Shown piece by piece: positions 51,945 to 64,000 of a DNA stretch of 64,000 nucleotides. The notes under the pieces are model-generated. The model ran no database searches and was not told where the DNA came from. It saw only the letters and a program-made list of their open reading frames with translations. The stretch's first letter is position 1. Each line of letters opens with the position of its first letter. This DNA is from a bacterium (lineage in GTDB: Bacteria > UBA8248). The stretch lies in contig OZ241326.1 in assembly GCA_965199855.1 (NCBI GenBank), positions 1,248,001-1,312,000 of the forward strand, in the 5' to 3' direction. The position numbers and the translations under genes are program-made.

Positions 51945-53353
51945 TGGGGGCGGAGGCGATGGCGGCCGTCTTCAGCGCGCGCGAGATCGCGGAGGCCGTG
52001 GGCGGGAGAATCGTTCGCGGAGACGGCGCGGCGCGCGCCGCCGGCGTGAGCGCGGACACGCGAACCCTGAAGGAGGGCGAGCTGTTCTTCGCGCTCAAGG
52101 GCCCCAACTTCGACGGGGCGGACTTTCTCGCCCGGGCGATGGAGAAAGGGGCGGCGGGGGTCGTCGCGGAGGCGGGCGCGGCTTTTCCCGCCGGGGGCGG
52201 CTTCGCCATCGAGGCCCCCGACGCCCTGCGTGCGCTGGGCGACCTCGCGTGCCGGCACCGCGGCCGCTTCGATATTCCCGTGGCGGGGGTGACCGGCAGC
52301 AACGGAAAGACGACCACGAAGGAGATGACGGCGGCCGTCCTCTCGGCGCGGGGCGAGACGCGCAAGAGCCGGGGCAACCTGAACAATCTGGTGGGCCTGC
52401 CGCTCGAGGTTTTCCGCCTGGGCGAGGCGCACGCGAGCGCCGTCTTCGAGATGGGGATGAGCGCGGCGGGCGAAATCCGAAGGCTCGCCGAAGTCGCGCG
52501 GCCCGGCGTCGCCGTCATCACGAACATAGGCCCCGCCCACGTCGGGGAGCTGGGCGGCATGAAGGCGGTGCGCGACGCGAAGGGCGAAATTCTGGAGGCG
52601 CTGCCCGCCGAAGGCGCCGCCGTTCTCTCGAACGAGGACGCGCACAGCCGCGCCCTGGCCGCGAGGCGTGAGGCGGCGGGCGGACGCGTGGTTCGCTTCG
52701 GCTTCTCGGCGGAAAGCGACTTCTGGGCCGAGGACGTTCGCCTGGACGCCCGGGGCGCGCGCTTCACCCTCCGGCGCATCGGGGGCGGGCGGGAGGTTCG
52801 GCTGAGGGCGCTCGGGCGGCACAACGTCCTGAACGCGCTGGCGGCCGCCGGCTGCGCCTCCGCCATGGGCTGCTCGCTGGAGGAGACGGCCGAGGGGCTC
52901 TCCCGCGCCGAGCTTCCCGACATGCGCCTTCGGGCGCGGGTGCTGCGCGGACGGACGGGCGTCCGCCTGCTGGACGATTCCTACAACGCGAACCCCGAGT
53001 CCGTCTTCCGCGCGCTCGAGACCGCGGACGCCCTGCGGGGCGGGGGGAGGCTCGTGGCGATTCTCGGCGACATGCTGGAGCTCGGCGAAATCGCCGAAAG
53101 CGCCCATCGGGACGCGGGCCGCAAGGCGGCCGGCTGCGGGGCGGCGCTGTTCGCGGGCGTGGGGCCGCTGATGCGGCTGGCGGTCGAGGAGGCGCGGCGC
53201 GCGGGGATGGACGATTCAAGGAGCATGGGCTTCGACGCGCCGGAGGAGGCCGCCTCCGCGGTGGCCGGGATGCTTCTGCCCGGCGACTGGGTGCTGGTGA
53301 AGGGTTCGCGCTCGATGCGGATGGAGCGCGCGATAGAGGGGCTCGAGGCCTGA
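51944..53353 (+). CDS. murF: UDP-MurNAc-pentapeptide synthetase
   Basis: TGSNGKTTTKE, NLNN.VGLP, DSYNANP, GDMLELG, VKGSR. Confidence 0.96.
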   Translation: MGAEAMAAVFSAREIAEAVGGRIVRGDGAARAAGVSADTRTLKEGELFFALKGPNFDGADFLARAMEKGAAGVVAEAGAAFPAGGGFAIEAPDALRALGDLACRHRGRFDIPVAGVTGSNGKTTTKEMTAAVLSARGETRKSRGNLNNLVGLPLEVFRLGEAHASAVFEMGMSAAGEIRRLAEVARPGVAVITNIGPAHVGELGGMKAVRDAKGEILEALPAEGAAVLSNEDAHSRALAARREAAGGRVVRFGFSAESDFWAEDVRLDARGARFTLRRIGGGREVRLRALGRHNVLNALAAAGCASAMGCSLEETAEGLSRAELPDMRLRARVLRGRTGVRLLDDSYNANPESVFRALETADALRGGGRLVAILGDMLELGEIAESAHRDAGRKAAGCGAALFAGVGPLMRLAVEEARRAGMDDSRSMGFDAPEEAASAVAGMLLPGDWVLVKGSRSMRMERAIEGLEA

Positions 53354-54438
53354 TGTTGCATTCCTTCTTTATCTCCCTGAGCGGCGCGCTCTCCGCGCTG
53401 AACGTGTTCCGCTTCATCACGTTCCGGACGGCGATGGCGGTGTTCTCCGCCCTCCTCATGGCGCTGTTGCTGGGGCCGCGCCTCATTCGCTCCCTGCAAA
53501 GGCTCCAGATCGGAGAGGTCATCCGCGACGACGGCCCGCGGAGCCACCTCTCGAAGCAGGGGACGCCGACGATGGGAGGACTTCTCATCCTCGCGTGCGT
53601 GGCCGTTCCGGTGCTGCTGTGGAACGACCTGGGCAACGGCTTCGTCTGGCTCTCCCTGTTCGTCCTGCTCGCGTTCGGCCTCCTGGGCTTCTGGGACGAC
53701 TACACGAAGGTGACGCGCAGGGACAAGAACGGCGTGCGGCCCGCCATGAAGTTTCTGGCCCAGGCCGCCATCGGCCTCGCCGTGGGCTGCGCCCTTTACG
53801 GCGGACTCGCGGGGGCGGACTTCAAGACGGTCGTCATGCTGCCCTTTTTCAAGGATTTGCAGCCCGACCTCGGAATCTGGTTCGTGCCCTACGCCGCCCT
53901 CGTCATCGTGGCGACGAGCAACGCCGTGAACCTCACGGACGGCCTGGACGGCCTCGCCATCGGCCCGCTGCTGATAGCGGCGGGCGCCTATCTCGTCTTC
54001 AGCTACGTCTCGGGACACGCGGCCATCTCCAGGTATCTGCTCATCCTTCCCGTTCAGGGGGCGGGCGAGCTCGCCATCGTCTGCGGGGCGATGTTCGGGG
54101 CGGGCCTCGGCTTCCTGTGGTTCAACGCCTACCCGGCGCAGGTGTTCATGGGCGACGTGGGCGCGCTCCCGCTGGGCGCGCTGCTGGCCACGGTGGCGCT
54201 GTCGATCAAGCAGGAGCTCCTCCTGCTCCTGGTGGGCGGCCTGTTCGTCATCGAGACGCTCTCGGTCATTTTGCAGGTGTTCTCCTTCAAGACCACGGGG
54301 CAGCGCGTGTTCCGCATGGCGCCCCTGCACCATCACTACGAGGAGAAGGGGTGGTCCGAGCCCAAGGTGACGGTGCGCTTCTGGATCGTGGCGATCGTGC
54401 TGGCGTTCATGAGTCTGGCGACGCTGAAGCTGAGATGA
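53353..54438 (+). CDS. mraY: Phospho-N-acetylmuramoyl-pentapeptide transferase
   Basis: KQGTPTMGG, NAVNLTDGLDGL, VFMGDVG, MAPLHHHYE. Confidence 0.97.
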   Translation: MLHSFFISLSGALSALNVFRFITFRTAMAVFSALLMALLLGPRLIRSLQRLQIGEVIRDDGPRSHLSKQGTPTMGGLLILACVAVPVLLWNDLGNGFVWLSLFVLLAFGLLGFWDDYTKVTRRDKNGVRPAMKFLAQAAIGLAVGCALYGGLAGADFKTVVMLPFFKDLQPDLGIWFVPYAALVIVATSNAVNLTDGLDGLAIGPLLIAAGAYLVFSYVSGHAAISRYLLILPVQGAGELAIVCGAMFGAGLGFLWFNAYPAQVFMGDVGALPLGALLATVALSIKQELLLLLVGGLFVIETLSVILQVFSFKTTGQRVFRMAPLHHHYEEKGWSEPKVTVRFWIVAIVLAFMSLATLKLR

Positions 54439-55835
54439 GGAATCCGGTGCTGGACGGCGAATTCGCGGCGTGGACGAACGCTCTGCCCTCGAGGCGGGCG
54501 CTCGTCATGGGAATGGGCAGGAGCGGCGCGGCCGCGGCCGGCGCCCTGGCTCGCCTGGGGGCGGAGGTGACGGGCACGGATTCGAGCGAGATTCCCGGTC
54601 TGCGCGGACGCCTGCCCGACGGGGTGGCGCTCGAACTCGGCGGCCACAGCGAGGCGAGCTTCGAGGGGTGCGACCTGCTGGTGGTGAGCCCGGGCGTTCC
54701 GGCGACGAGCCGCTACATCGCGCGGGCCAGGGCGGCGGGCGCCGAGGTCATCAGCGAGGTGGAGCTCGCCTGCCGCCTGTGCCCCGTCCCCCTCGCCGCC
54801 GTCACCGGCACGAACGGCAAGACGACGGTCTCCGCCATGCTGGGGAGAATTCTGGAGGAGGGCGGCTTTCGCGCCCCCGTGGGCGGCAACATCGGAAGAC
54901 CGCTCGTCGAGGTGGTCGAGGCGGAGGGAGAGGACGCCGACTTCATCGTCGCCGAAGTGAGCAGCTTTCAGCTCGAATGGGCGCCCGCGATCAGGCCGAG
55001 GGTGGGGGTGATGACGAACGTGACGCCCGATCATCTGGATCGCCACCCCGACCTCCGCGAATACGCGGACCTCAAGGCGCGGCTGTTCGCCAACCAGAGG
55101 GAGGGGGACGCCAGGGCGCTGAACGCGGACGATCCTCTCGCGGCGCGCTACATGACCCCCGCCGGGCGGGGCGGCGTCCTGGCGTTCAGCCGCAAGGGGG
55201 CGGTGCGCCGGGGCGCCTGCGTCGAAGGCGGCGACGTGCTGCTCATGGACGAGGACGGCGCCGCGCGCGTCTGCGGCGCGGAGGAGCTCGCGGCGCCCGG
55301 CCTGCACAACCTCGAGAATTTTCTCGCCGCGTGCGCGGCGGCGCGCTTTCTGGGCGCGGAGGCGGAAGCGATGGCGCGCGCGGCGCGCGGCTTCGAGGGG
55401 CTGCCCCACCGCATGGAGGTGGTGGCCGAGCGGGACGGCGTGCGCTGGGTGAACGACTCCAAGGCGACGAACGTAGGCGCCGCGGCCATGAGCCTGGAGA
55501 GCGCGGCGGGCGACGTGCTGCTCATCGCCGGCGGAACCGACAAGGGGAGCGACCTCGCGCCCCTGCGCTCCGGGGTGGAGCGCAAGGTGCGCCGTCTGGT
55601 TCTCATCGGCGAGGCGGCGGAGCGGTTCGAGCGCTTCTTCCGGGGGTGCGCGCCGATCGCGCGGGCGCGGACGCTGGAGGAGGCCGCGCGCCTCTGCCGC
55701 GAGGAGGCGCGGCCGGGCGATACGGTGCTGCTCTCGCCCGCCTGCTCGAGCTTCGATCAGTTCCGAGACTACGCCCACCGGGGCGACGCCTTCCGCCGGA
55801 TGGCGCGGGAGCTGACGGGGGGGGACGCGGAATGA
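54435..55835 (+). CDS. murD: UDP-MurNAc-L-Ala:D-Glu ligase
   Basis: SPGVP, TGTNGKTT, EVSSFQL, DHLDRH, NDSKATN, LSPACSSFDQF. Confidence 0.96.
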   Translation: MRNPVLDGEFAAWTNALPSRRALVMGMGRSGAAAAGALARLGAEVTGTDSSEIPGLRGRLPDGVALELGGHSEASFEGCDLLVVSPGVPATSRYIARARAAGAEVISEVELACRLCPVPLAAVTGTNGKTTVSAMLGRILEEGGFRAPVGGNIGRPLVEVVEAEGEDADFIVAEVSSFQLEWAPAIRPRVGVMTNVTPDHLDRHPDLREYADLKARLFANQREGDARALNADDPLAARYMTPAGRGGVLAFSRKGAVRRGACVEGGDVLLMDEDGAARVCGAEELAAPGLHNLENFLAACAAARFLGAEAEAMARAARGFEGLPHRMEVVAERDGVRWVNDSKATNVGAAAMSLESAAGDVLLIAGGTDKGSDLAPLRSGVERKVRRLVLIGEAAERFERFFRGCAPIARARTLEEAARLCREEARPGDTVLLSPACSSFDQFRDYAHRGDAFRRMARELTGGDAE

Positions 55836-57019
55836 TACGGAAGCGCATCGACCCCGTCATCTTCTTCCTCTCGCTGGGGCTGGTGGTGCTGGGCGTCGTC
55901 ATGGTGTTCAGCGCGAGCCACATTCTCGCGCTGGACAGATACGGGGATGCGTTCTTCTTCGTGAAGCGCCACGTCCTGTGGGCGGCGCTCGGCTTCGGCT
56001 TCATGCTGGCGATCTCGCAGACGGAGCCCCGGCAGATCCGCAAGGCCGCTTTTCCCCTGGTCATCGCCTCGATCCTGGCGCTTTTGATGGTGTTCGCGCC
56101 GGGCCTCGGGCGGGAGGCGGGCGGCGCCCGACGGTGGCTGATGCTGGGCCCCTTCTCCTTGCAGCCGGTGGAGGCCGCGAAGGTGGGGCTGGTGGTTTTC
56201 CTGGCGCACTTTCTCGCGCTCAAGGGCGAGCGCCTGCGGGACTGGAAATACGGATTTCTGCCGCCGGTCGGGTTCGCGGGAATCATCCTGGCGCTCATTC
56301 TGGCTCAGCCCGACCTGGGCTCCGCCGGCCTCATCGCCGCCGTCGTCGGCGCGCTTCTGCTCCTGGCGGGGGCGCGGTGGACGCACCTGATCCTCTGCGG
56401 GGCGGCGGGAGCGTCCGTCCTGCTCGGCATGGTGGTCTTCGCGCCGTGGCGCATGAAGCGCATCCTGGCATTTTCCGATCCCTTCGCCGTGGCCAAGGGC
56501 GCGGGCTATCAGCTGATCCAGTCCCTGCTCGCCATCGCGCGGGGCGGCCTGACGGGCCTCGGCCTGGGCGAGGGCAAGCAGAAGCTCTTCTATCTGCCGG
56601 AGCCTCACACGGACTTCATCTACGCGGTCGTGGGCGAGGAGCTGGGCCTCATCGGCGCGTTGTGCGTGGCGGCCGCGTTCGCGGTTCTGCTCTGGCGCGG
56701 CTTTCAGATAGCCGCCCGGTGCGAGGATTTCTTCTGCGCCCTTCTGGCGGCGGGCGTGACGCTCCTCGTCGTCCTTCAGGGCTTTTTGAACATGGCGGTG
56801 GCGGCGGGGCTTCTGCCTACCACGGGCATCCCGCTGCCCCTCGTCAGCCTGGGCGGCTCGTCCCTCGTGTGCACGCTCATCGCCCTGGGGCTGCTGATTT
56901 CCATCGAAGCGTCTGGCCAGGAGTCGAGTGCGCCCGCGCGGGGAAGCCCTCTCGACGCGGCCTCGGGGCCGCGAGAGGGCGCGCGGAGGCTGGTTCCCGC
57001 GGGGAGGGCGCGCCCATGA
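55832..57019 (+). CDS. ftsW: Peptidoglycan glycosyltransferase FtsW
   Basis: GARRW, QPVE..K, QPDLG, GYQLIQS, LPEPHTDFI. Confidence 0.95.
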   Translation: MIRKRIDPVIFFLSLGLVVLGVVMVFSASHILALDRYGDAFFFVKRHVLWAALGFGFMLAISQTEPRQIRKAAFPLVIASILALLMVFAPGLGREAGGARRWLMLGPFSLQPVEAAKVGLVVFLAHFLALKGERLRDWKYGFLPPVGFAGIILALILAQPDLGSAGLIAAVVGALLLLAGARWTHLILCGAAGASVLLGMVVFAPWRMKRILAFSDPFAVAKGAGYQLIQSLLAIARGGLTGLGLGEGKQKLFYLPEPHTDFIYAVVGEELGLIGALCVAAAFAVLLWRGFQIAARCEDFFCALLAAGVTLLVVLQGFLNMAVAAGLLPTTGIPLPLVSLGGSSLVCTLIALGLLISIEASGQESSAPARGSPLDAASGPREGARRLVPAGRARP

Positions 57020-58101
57020 GGCTCCTCATCGCGGGCGGCGGCACGGGGGGACACCTCTATCCGGGCATCGCGGTCGCCAGGGCGTGGCTCGCCGATGACG
57101 CGGAGGGCGAGGTCTTGTTCGTGGGCTCCGCCCGCGGGCTGGAGGCGCGGGTGCTGCCGCGCGAGGGGCTTCCGTTCGCGCCGATCTCCGCCGCCGGCGT
57201 CCTGCGGCGCAGCATCGCCCAGCAGGCGGGGGCCGTCTGCATGATGGGCCGGGGGCTCTTCCAGGCGGTGGGAATCCTGCGGCGCTTTCGCCCCCACGTC
57301 GTTCTGGGGGTGGGCGGCTATTCCAGCGTTCCGACGGTGGCCGCCGCCGGCCTCGGGAGAAGGCCGATCGTGCTGATCGAGCAGAACGTCGTTCCCGGCC
57401 TGGCCAACCGCTTCCTGTCGCGCTTCGCGTCCAGGGTCGCCGTGGGTCTGCCCGTGCGCGACGCGGGCTTCGCCCCGGGGAAAATCGTGGAAACCGGCCT
57501 GCCGCTCAGGCGCGAATTCTCGGAGGACTTCGCGCGCGGAGAGGATTTCTGGGGCGGTCCCCTGAAGGTGCTCGTCTTCGGCGGAAGCCAGGGCGCGCGC
57601 GCCATCAACGAGGCGGTGATGGAGGCCCTGCCCCTGCTGGGCGGCGCCGTGGAGCGGATGCGGTTCGTGCACCAGACGGGCGAGGCGGACCTGGCGCGCG
57701 TTCGAGACGCCTACGAGAGGGCGGGCGCGCGCGCGGAGGCGGCGCCCTATCTGCACGACATGGCGGCGCGCTATCGCTGGGCGCAGGTGTGCCTCTCGCG
57801 GGCGGGGGCGGTGAGCGCGGCGGAGATATGCGCCTCCTCCCTGCCGGCGGTGCTGATTCCGCTGCCCGGCGCCACGCACGGACACCAGGAGGCGAACGCC
57901 CGCTACCTCGCGGATCGACAGGCGGCGCGGATGGTTCTTCAAAAAGACTTGAGCGCGAGGCTTCTCGCGGACGTCTGGCTCGAATACGAGGCGGAGCGGG
58001 AGAAGCTCGTTCGCATGTCGAAGCGCGCGAAGGCTCTCGCCCGCGCGAACGCCTCGGAAGCCGTGGCCGCCCTGTGCCGCGAGGAGGCGCGGGCGGCGTG
58101 A
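57016..58101 (+). CDS. murG: Undecaprenyl-PP-MurNAc-pentapeptide GlcNAc transferase
   Basis: GGGTGGHLYP, EQN..PG..N, GGSQGA, HQTG, HQEANA. Confidence 0.96.
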   Translation: MRLLIAGGGTGGHLYPGIAVARAWLADDAEGEVLFVGSARGLEARVLPREGLPFAPISAAGVLRRSIAQQAGAVCMMGRGLFQAVGILRRFRPHVVLGVGGYSSVPTVAAAGLGRRPIVLIEQNVVPGLANRFLSRFASRVAVGLPVRDAGFAPGKIVETGLPLRREFSEDFARGEDFWGGPLKVLVFGGSQGARAINEAVMEALPLLGGAVERMRFVHQTGEADLARVRDAYERAGARAEAAPYLHDMAARYRWAQVCLSRAGAVSAAEICASSLPAVLIPLPGATHGHQEANARYLADRQAARMVLQKDLSARLLADVWLEYEAEREKLVRMSKRAKALARANASEAVAALCREEARAA

Positions 58102-58120
58102 CGCGAAAGGGAGGGGGAGG

Positions 58121-59547
<1,427 letters not shown>

Positions 59548-59551
<4 letters not shown>

Positions 59552-60501
59552 ACGCCGGGCTGGCGGAGGAAGTCATGACGTCCGAGGCGGCGGAGAAGCT
59601 GAAGAATCTCGACTGCGGGATTCTCTTCGGAGAGCCGCTGGCCGCCTACACCACGTTCCGGGTGGGAGGGCCGGCCGACGCCCTCGCGTTGCCCGCGGCG
59701 GAGGGCGCGCTCGCTGCGCTGCTCGATAGATGCCGGAGCGAGGCGCTCCCCGTCGCCGTGCTGGGGGGCGGCGCGAACACCCTGGTGCGCGACGGAGGCG
59801 TTCGCGGGGCGGTCGTCGCGCTTCCGGGGGCGTTCCGGGGGATCGAGGTGATCGAGGAGAGCGGGGAAGGCGCGCTGATCGAGGCGCGGGCGGGGGAGAA
59901 GATTCCCGCGCTGGTGCGCTTCGCCGCCGAGCGCGGCTGGGCGGGGGTCGAGTGTCTGGCGGGCGTTCCCGGCACCGTGGGAGGCGCGCTGGCCATGAAC
60001 GCGGGCACTGCGGAATCCTACATCCAGGACGCCGTGGAGAGCGTGCGCTGGATGCCTCTGGCCGGCGGCGCGCCCGCGTGGGCGCCCGCGGACGCCCTGC
60101 GCTTCTCCTATCGCCGCGCCGAGCTGCCCGCGCCCGGCGTGGTTCTGGCCGCGCGCTTCTCGCTGAGGCGCGCCGACGCCGGCGAGCTGAAGGAGCGGCT
60201 GAGGCGGGACGCCGCCCGGAGGCGCGAGCGCCAGCCCTGGGGGATGCCCTGCGCCGGCTCCATCTTCAAGAACCCCGCCGGCGCGCGCGCGGGGGCGCTC
60301 ATCGAGGCGGCCGGCCTCAAGGGAATGAGAATCGGCGGCGCGCAGGTGAGCGAGGTCCACGGAAATTTCATGGTGAACCTGGGCGGGGCCACGGCGCGGG
60401 ACGTGCTGAGCCTCATCGCCGAAGTCCAAAAAGCGATTCTGGAGCGGACGGGAATCGAGCTGGCGCTGGAGCTGAACGTCATCGGGGAGGACGCCGCATG
60501 A
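59548..60501 (+). CDS. murB: UDP-N-acetylenolpyruvoylglucosamine reductase
   Basis: TTFRVGGPA, GVPGTVGGALAMNAG, AGSIFKNP, VSEVHGNF. Confidence 0.95.
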
Positions 60502-61382
60502 GCCGTTCCCGGTCCGGAGCGCGGCGGCCGAGGCGCCGGGAGGTGTTCCCGGACCGCGCCCGCGCGCCCGGAGGCGCCGGCGGCGCCCGAAAGGGCGTCA
60601 GGCGAAGCGGCGGCAGGAGCGGCCGGAGCTGGGTATGGCCCCTCATCGGCTTTCTGGCTTTCGCGGAGGCGCTCCTGCTGGGCGGACACGCCGTCCTGTG
60701 GGCGAAGGCGAGCCGGCATTTCGAGCTGAGCAAGGTGGTGGTGGAGGGGCATCGGGCGCTTCGGCCCGAGGACGTCGTGAAGCGCGCGGCGCTCGCGCCG
60801 GGGACGAGCATATTCGACGCCGACCTGGAGGCCGTGCGCGCCCGCGTGGCCTCTCATCCCTGGATCAAGCGCGTGAGCGTGCGCAGGCGGCCGCCCCATT
60901 TTCTCCACGTCGAGATCGTCGAGCGCAGGCCGGCCGCGCTGCTCGCCGGCGCCGCGCGCATGGCGGTGGACGCGGAGGGCGTCGTGCTCGGCGGGCTCCC
61001 GGCGCCGCGCGCGGGGTGTCTGCCCGTGATGGAGGGATTCGCCTCGCGGAATTTGCGGCCGGGCGAGGCGTTGCGCGGCGCGCGCTTCGCGCGCGCCATG
61101 GAGGCGGCCTCCCTGTTCCGGGGCTTTCCCGTGATTCGGGAGGGGTGCGTCTCCGTCCGCGCCGCCGGGGGAGGGCAGCTCCGGCTTCGGGCGCTCACGG
61201 GGAAGGTGGAGCTTGTCGTGAACGAGGAGGGGATGGAGAGCCAGGCCGAGCGGCTTCGGGCGGTCGCGCGCGACGTTCTGCGGGAGGAGGCGCTGGGCGC
61301 GGGCGGTCTCCGGCTCGATCTGAGATTTCCGGGCAGGGTGATCGTCCGGTCGCTCGAAGAGGATGGAGGGAACAGGGGATGA
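60498..61382 (+). CDS. ftsQ: Cell division protein FtsQ/DivIB
   Basis: Basic N-terminus, TM helix, POTRA (PWIKRVSVRR..P...IVER), DLRF motif. Confidence 0.88.
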   Translation: MSRSRSGARRPRRREVFPDRARAPGGAGGARKGVRRSGGRSGRSWVWPLIGFLAFAEALLLGGHAVLWAKASRHFELSKVVVEGHRALRPEDVVKRAALAPGTSIFDADLEAVRARVASHPWIKRVSVRRRPPHFLHVEIVERRPAALLAGAARMAVDAEGVVLGGLPAPRAGCLPVMEGFASRNLRPGEALRGARFARAMEAASLFRGFPVIREGCVSVRAAGGGQLRLRALTGKVELVVNEEGMESQAERLRAVARDVLREEALGAGGLRLDLRFPGRVIVRSLEEDGGNRG

Positions 61383-62617
61383 GCAAACAGGGCGACGTGC
61401 TGGTGGGCTTGGACATCGGCACCTCGAAAATCTGCGCGGTCGTGGCCGAGGTGAACGAGGAGGGCGCCCTCGAGATCGTGGGGCTGGGGAAGCATCCCTC
61501 CAAGGGACTCAACCGCGGCTCGGTGGTGAACATCGATCAGACGGTGGAATCCATCAAGGCGGCGGTGGGCGAGGCCGAGTTCATCAGCGGCGCGCCCGTC
61601 CGCTCCGCCTTCGTCGGCGTGGCGGGAGGACACATCCGCAGCTTCAACACGAACGGCATCGTGGCGATCAAGAACAAGATCGTGGCCCAGGAGGACATCG
61701 ACCGCGTCGTCGAGCAGGCGCGGGCGGTCACAATGCCGGCGGATCACGAAATCATCCACGTGCTGCCGCAGGAATACATCGTCGACGAGCAGGAGGGCGT
61801 CACCGAGCCCGCGGGCATGGCCGGCGTGCGCCTCGAATGCAGGGTGCACGTCGTCACGGGGGCGATTCCCGCGATTCAGAACATCACCCGCAGCGTCGAG
61901 ATGGCGGGCCTGAGCGTGGAGCGCCTGGCGCTCCAGCCTTTCGCCTCCTCGCTGGCCGCGCTGAGCGACGACGAGCGCGACCTCGGCGTGGCGATCGTGG
62001 ACGTCGGGAGCGGCACGGCGGACGTCGCCGTCATCAGCGCGAGCGCGCTGCGCTACACCTCCGTCATCCCCGTGGGGGGCAGCCACATCACGCGGGACAT
62101 CGCCATCGGTCTGAGGACGCCGGACTATCAGGCGGAGAAGATCAAGCAGGAGCACGGCTGCGCCCTGGCCTCCCGCCTCTCCCACGAGGACGAGATCGAG
62201 GTGCCCAGCGTGGGCGGGCGTCCGCCGCGCGTGCTGAGCCGCCAGATGCTCGCCGAGATCATCGAACCCCGCATGGAGGAGATTCTGACGCTCATCCGCC
62301 GCGAGATACAGAAGAGCGGCATGGAGGATCTCCTCCCCGCCGGCGTGGTGCTCACGGGCGGGGCGAGCATGATGGAGGGCGTCGAGGAGCTGGCCGAGGG
62401 CGTGCTTCAGCTTCCGGTGAGGCTGGGTCTGCCCGCCGGCGTGGGCGGGCTGGTGGATATGGTCAACGGCCCCATGTATTCCACCGCCGTGGGCCTCGTC
62501 ATCTACGCCATGAAGACGGCCGGCCGAAAGGGGCGGCTCGCGGGCGGCGCTTCGGGCAGTCCAATCCGCCAGACGACGGCCAGAATCCGCCACGTGCTGG
62601 CCAGCGTGTTCAGGTAG
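61379..62617 (+). CDS. ftsA: Cell division protein FtsA
   Basis: [34 protein letters not shown]. Confidence 0.96.
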   Translation: MSKQGDVLVGLDIGTSKICAVVAEVNEEGALEIVGLGKHPSKGLNRGSVVNIDQTVESIKAAVGEAEFISGAPVRSAFVGVAGGHIRSFNTNGIVAIKNKIVAQEDIDRVVEQARAVTMPADHEIIHVLPQEYIVDEQEGVTEPAGMAGVRLECRVHVVTGAIPAIQNITRSVEMAGLSVERLALQPFASSLAALSDDERDLGVAIVDVGSGTADVAVISASALRYTSVIPVGGSHITRDIAIGLRTPDYQAEKIKQEHGCALASRLSHEDEIEVPSVGGRPPRVLSRQMLAEIIEPRMEEILTLIRREIQKSGMEDLLPAGVVLTGGASMMEGVEELAEGVLQLPVRLGLPAGVGGLVDMVNGPMYSTAVGLVIYAMKTAGRKGRLAGGASGSPIRQTTARIRHVLASVFR

Positions 62618-62669
62618 TTTTTCGGGAAGGCCGAGGGGGCGCCTTCCAGGGTCGAATGGGGGGAAGGGA

Positions 62670-63815
62670 ATGAGCGACTTGATGTTCGAGATGGAGCAGG
62701 AGCCGCCCTGCCGGGCGCGAATCGCGGTCATCGGCGTGGGCGGGGGCGGCGGCAACGCCGTCAACACCATGATTTCGTCGGGCATGGAGGGCGTCGAGTT
62801 CGTGGCGGCCAACACGGACGCCCAGGTGCTGGAGCGCTCCCTGGCCGGCGAGAAAATCCAGCTGGGCCTCGATCTGACGAACGGGCTGGGGGCGGGCGGA
62901 AACCCCGAGGTCGGCAGAAAGGCGGCCCTCGAGGACACCGAGCGCCTCGCCGACTACCTTCAGTCGCTGGAGCTGGTGTTCGTCACCGCGGGCATGGGGG
63001 GAGGCACGGGCACGGGCGCCGCGCCCGTCATCGCGCGCATCGCGAAGGAGGCGGGAGTGCTGACGGTGGGCGTGGTCACCCGGCCGTTCGACTTCGAGGG
63101 GCCGCGCCGGATGAACCAGGCGAGCGAGGGCATCGAGGAGCTGCGCGAGGCCGTGAACACGCTCATCACCATCCCCAACCAGCGGCTCTTGGGAATGGTC
63201 GAGCGCTCGACGCCGATGACCGAGGCGTTTCAGAAGGCGAACAACGTCCTCCTTCAGGCGTGCAAGGGAATCGCCGACCTCATCACCACGCCCGGGCTGA
63301 TCAATCTCGACTTCGCCGACGTGCGCACCATCATGCGCGACATGGGCGGCAAGGCGCTCATGGGCAGCGGCACGGGCCACGGCGAGAACCGCGCCGTCAT
63401 CGCCGCCCAGAACGCCATCAACAGCCCGCTGCTCGAGGAGGGAACCATCGAGGGCTCCCGGGGCGTGCTCATCAACATCACCGGCGGCTCCGACCTCTCG
63501 CTCTTCGAGGTGAACGAGGCCTGCAAGCTCGTCCACGAGAAGGCGCACCCCGACGCCAACATCATTTTCGGCTCGGTCATCGACGTCGGCATGGAGAACG
63601 AAATTCGCGTGACCGTCATCGCCACGGGCTTCGGGCGCGAGGCGATTCGCGAAGTCCCGCCCCTGGAGGCGGAGGCGGCCACCGGAACCGACGGAAAGAG
63701 GATATCGCCCGTGGACTACATGCGCCTGAAAAGCGGCGCGCCTCAAGCCGACGCCTACGAACTGGAGGAGGACGATCTGGACGTGCCCACTTTCCTGCGC
63801 AAGCAGGTTGACTGA
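62670..63815 (+). CDS. ftsZ: Cell division protein FtsZ
   Basis: [28 protein letters not shown]-terminal LDVPTFLR. Confidence 0.98.
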   Translation: MSDLMFEMEQEPPCRARIAVIGVGGGGGNAVNTMISSGMEGVEFVAANTDAQVLERSLAGEKIQLGLDLTNGLGAGGNPEVGRKAALEDTERLADYLQSLELVFVTAGMGGGTGTGAAPVIARIAKEAGVLTVGVVTRPFDFEGPRRMNQASEGIEELREAVNTLITIPNQRLLGMVERSTPMTEAFQKANNVLLQACKGIADLITTPGLINLDFADVRTIMRDMGGKALMGSGTGHGENRAVIAAQNAINSPLLEEGTIEGSRGVLINITGGSDLSLFEVNEACKLVHEKAHPDANIIFGSVIDVGMENEIRVTVIATGFGREAIREVPPLEAEAATGTDGKRISPVDYMRLKSGAPQADAYELEEDDLDVPTFLRKQVD

Positions 63816-63882
63816 CCCCCCCAGCGTCGGTTCGCCGAGGGAGCCTTTTCTCAAACCGAACCGCGCATTCCCCTCCGATGAA

Positions 63883-63908
63883 GCCGGGGGAGATTCGTCT
63901 CCCCCGGC
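63883..63908 (+). terminator. GC-rich hairpin after ftsZ
   Basis: GCCGGGGGAGA-TTCG-TCTCCCCCGGC perfect 11-bp stem; no immediate U-tract. Confidence 0.45.
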
Positions 63909-64000
63909 CCCGCCATCCCGCGCGGCGGGCGCTCTTTCTTGTGGCGCCGTTGGGCCCTCTCTATAATGCGGTCTCCATGATGAAGAGCCGTGCGCGCCGG

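Noticed and set aside
63962-64000. TATAAT box and ATG at 63978 beginning a new gene
   Set aside because: Only a few codons lie inside the window, so the gene cannot be identified.

Overview
A high-GC (about 70%) bacterial chromosomal window. Every credible gene lies on the + strand and most are housekeeping genes: ileS (3' end)-lspA-rluD; a thiolase/3-hydroxyacyl-CoA dehydrogenase/acyl-CoA dehydrogenase trio; gcvT-H-P plus a lipoyl ligase; tRNA-Gly; PHP and WYL proteins; two DUF507-like paralogues; coaE; rho-rpmE-prfA-prmC-murA-hisGDBHAF(IE); mutS2-dnaG-rpoD-tRNA(CAT)-Zn-ribbon-rnhA-rnpB; ilvA-purH-folC-folP-TauE-panE-panB; and a dcw cluster from mraZ to ftsZ. The gene order looks Nitrospinota/Nitrospirota/deltaproteobacteria-like (inference only). 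Unusual features: (1) two housekeeping genes, ribosomal protein L31 and the C4 Zn-ribbon gene, each carry a foreign-looking (about 50% GC) domain fused in frame at the C-terminus, both joined through a similar GEDxGxxY peptide; (2) a low-GC three-gene cassette at about 6540-8260, possibly a chaperone/antitoxin/toxin-type defence module, whose third gene is broken by a 1-nt frameshift; (3) a cluster of several GTAG-type REP/REPIN palindromes between hisH and hisA; (4) a TauE gene split at a G8 tract; (5) long promoter-driven non-coding leaders before rho and mutS2. All family calls come from motif recognition, not database searches.
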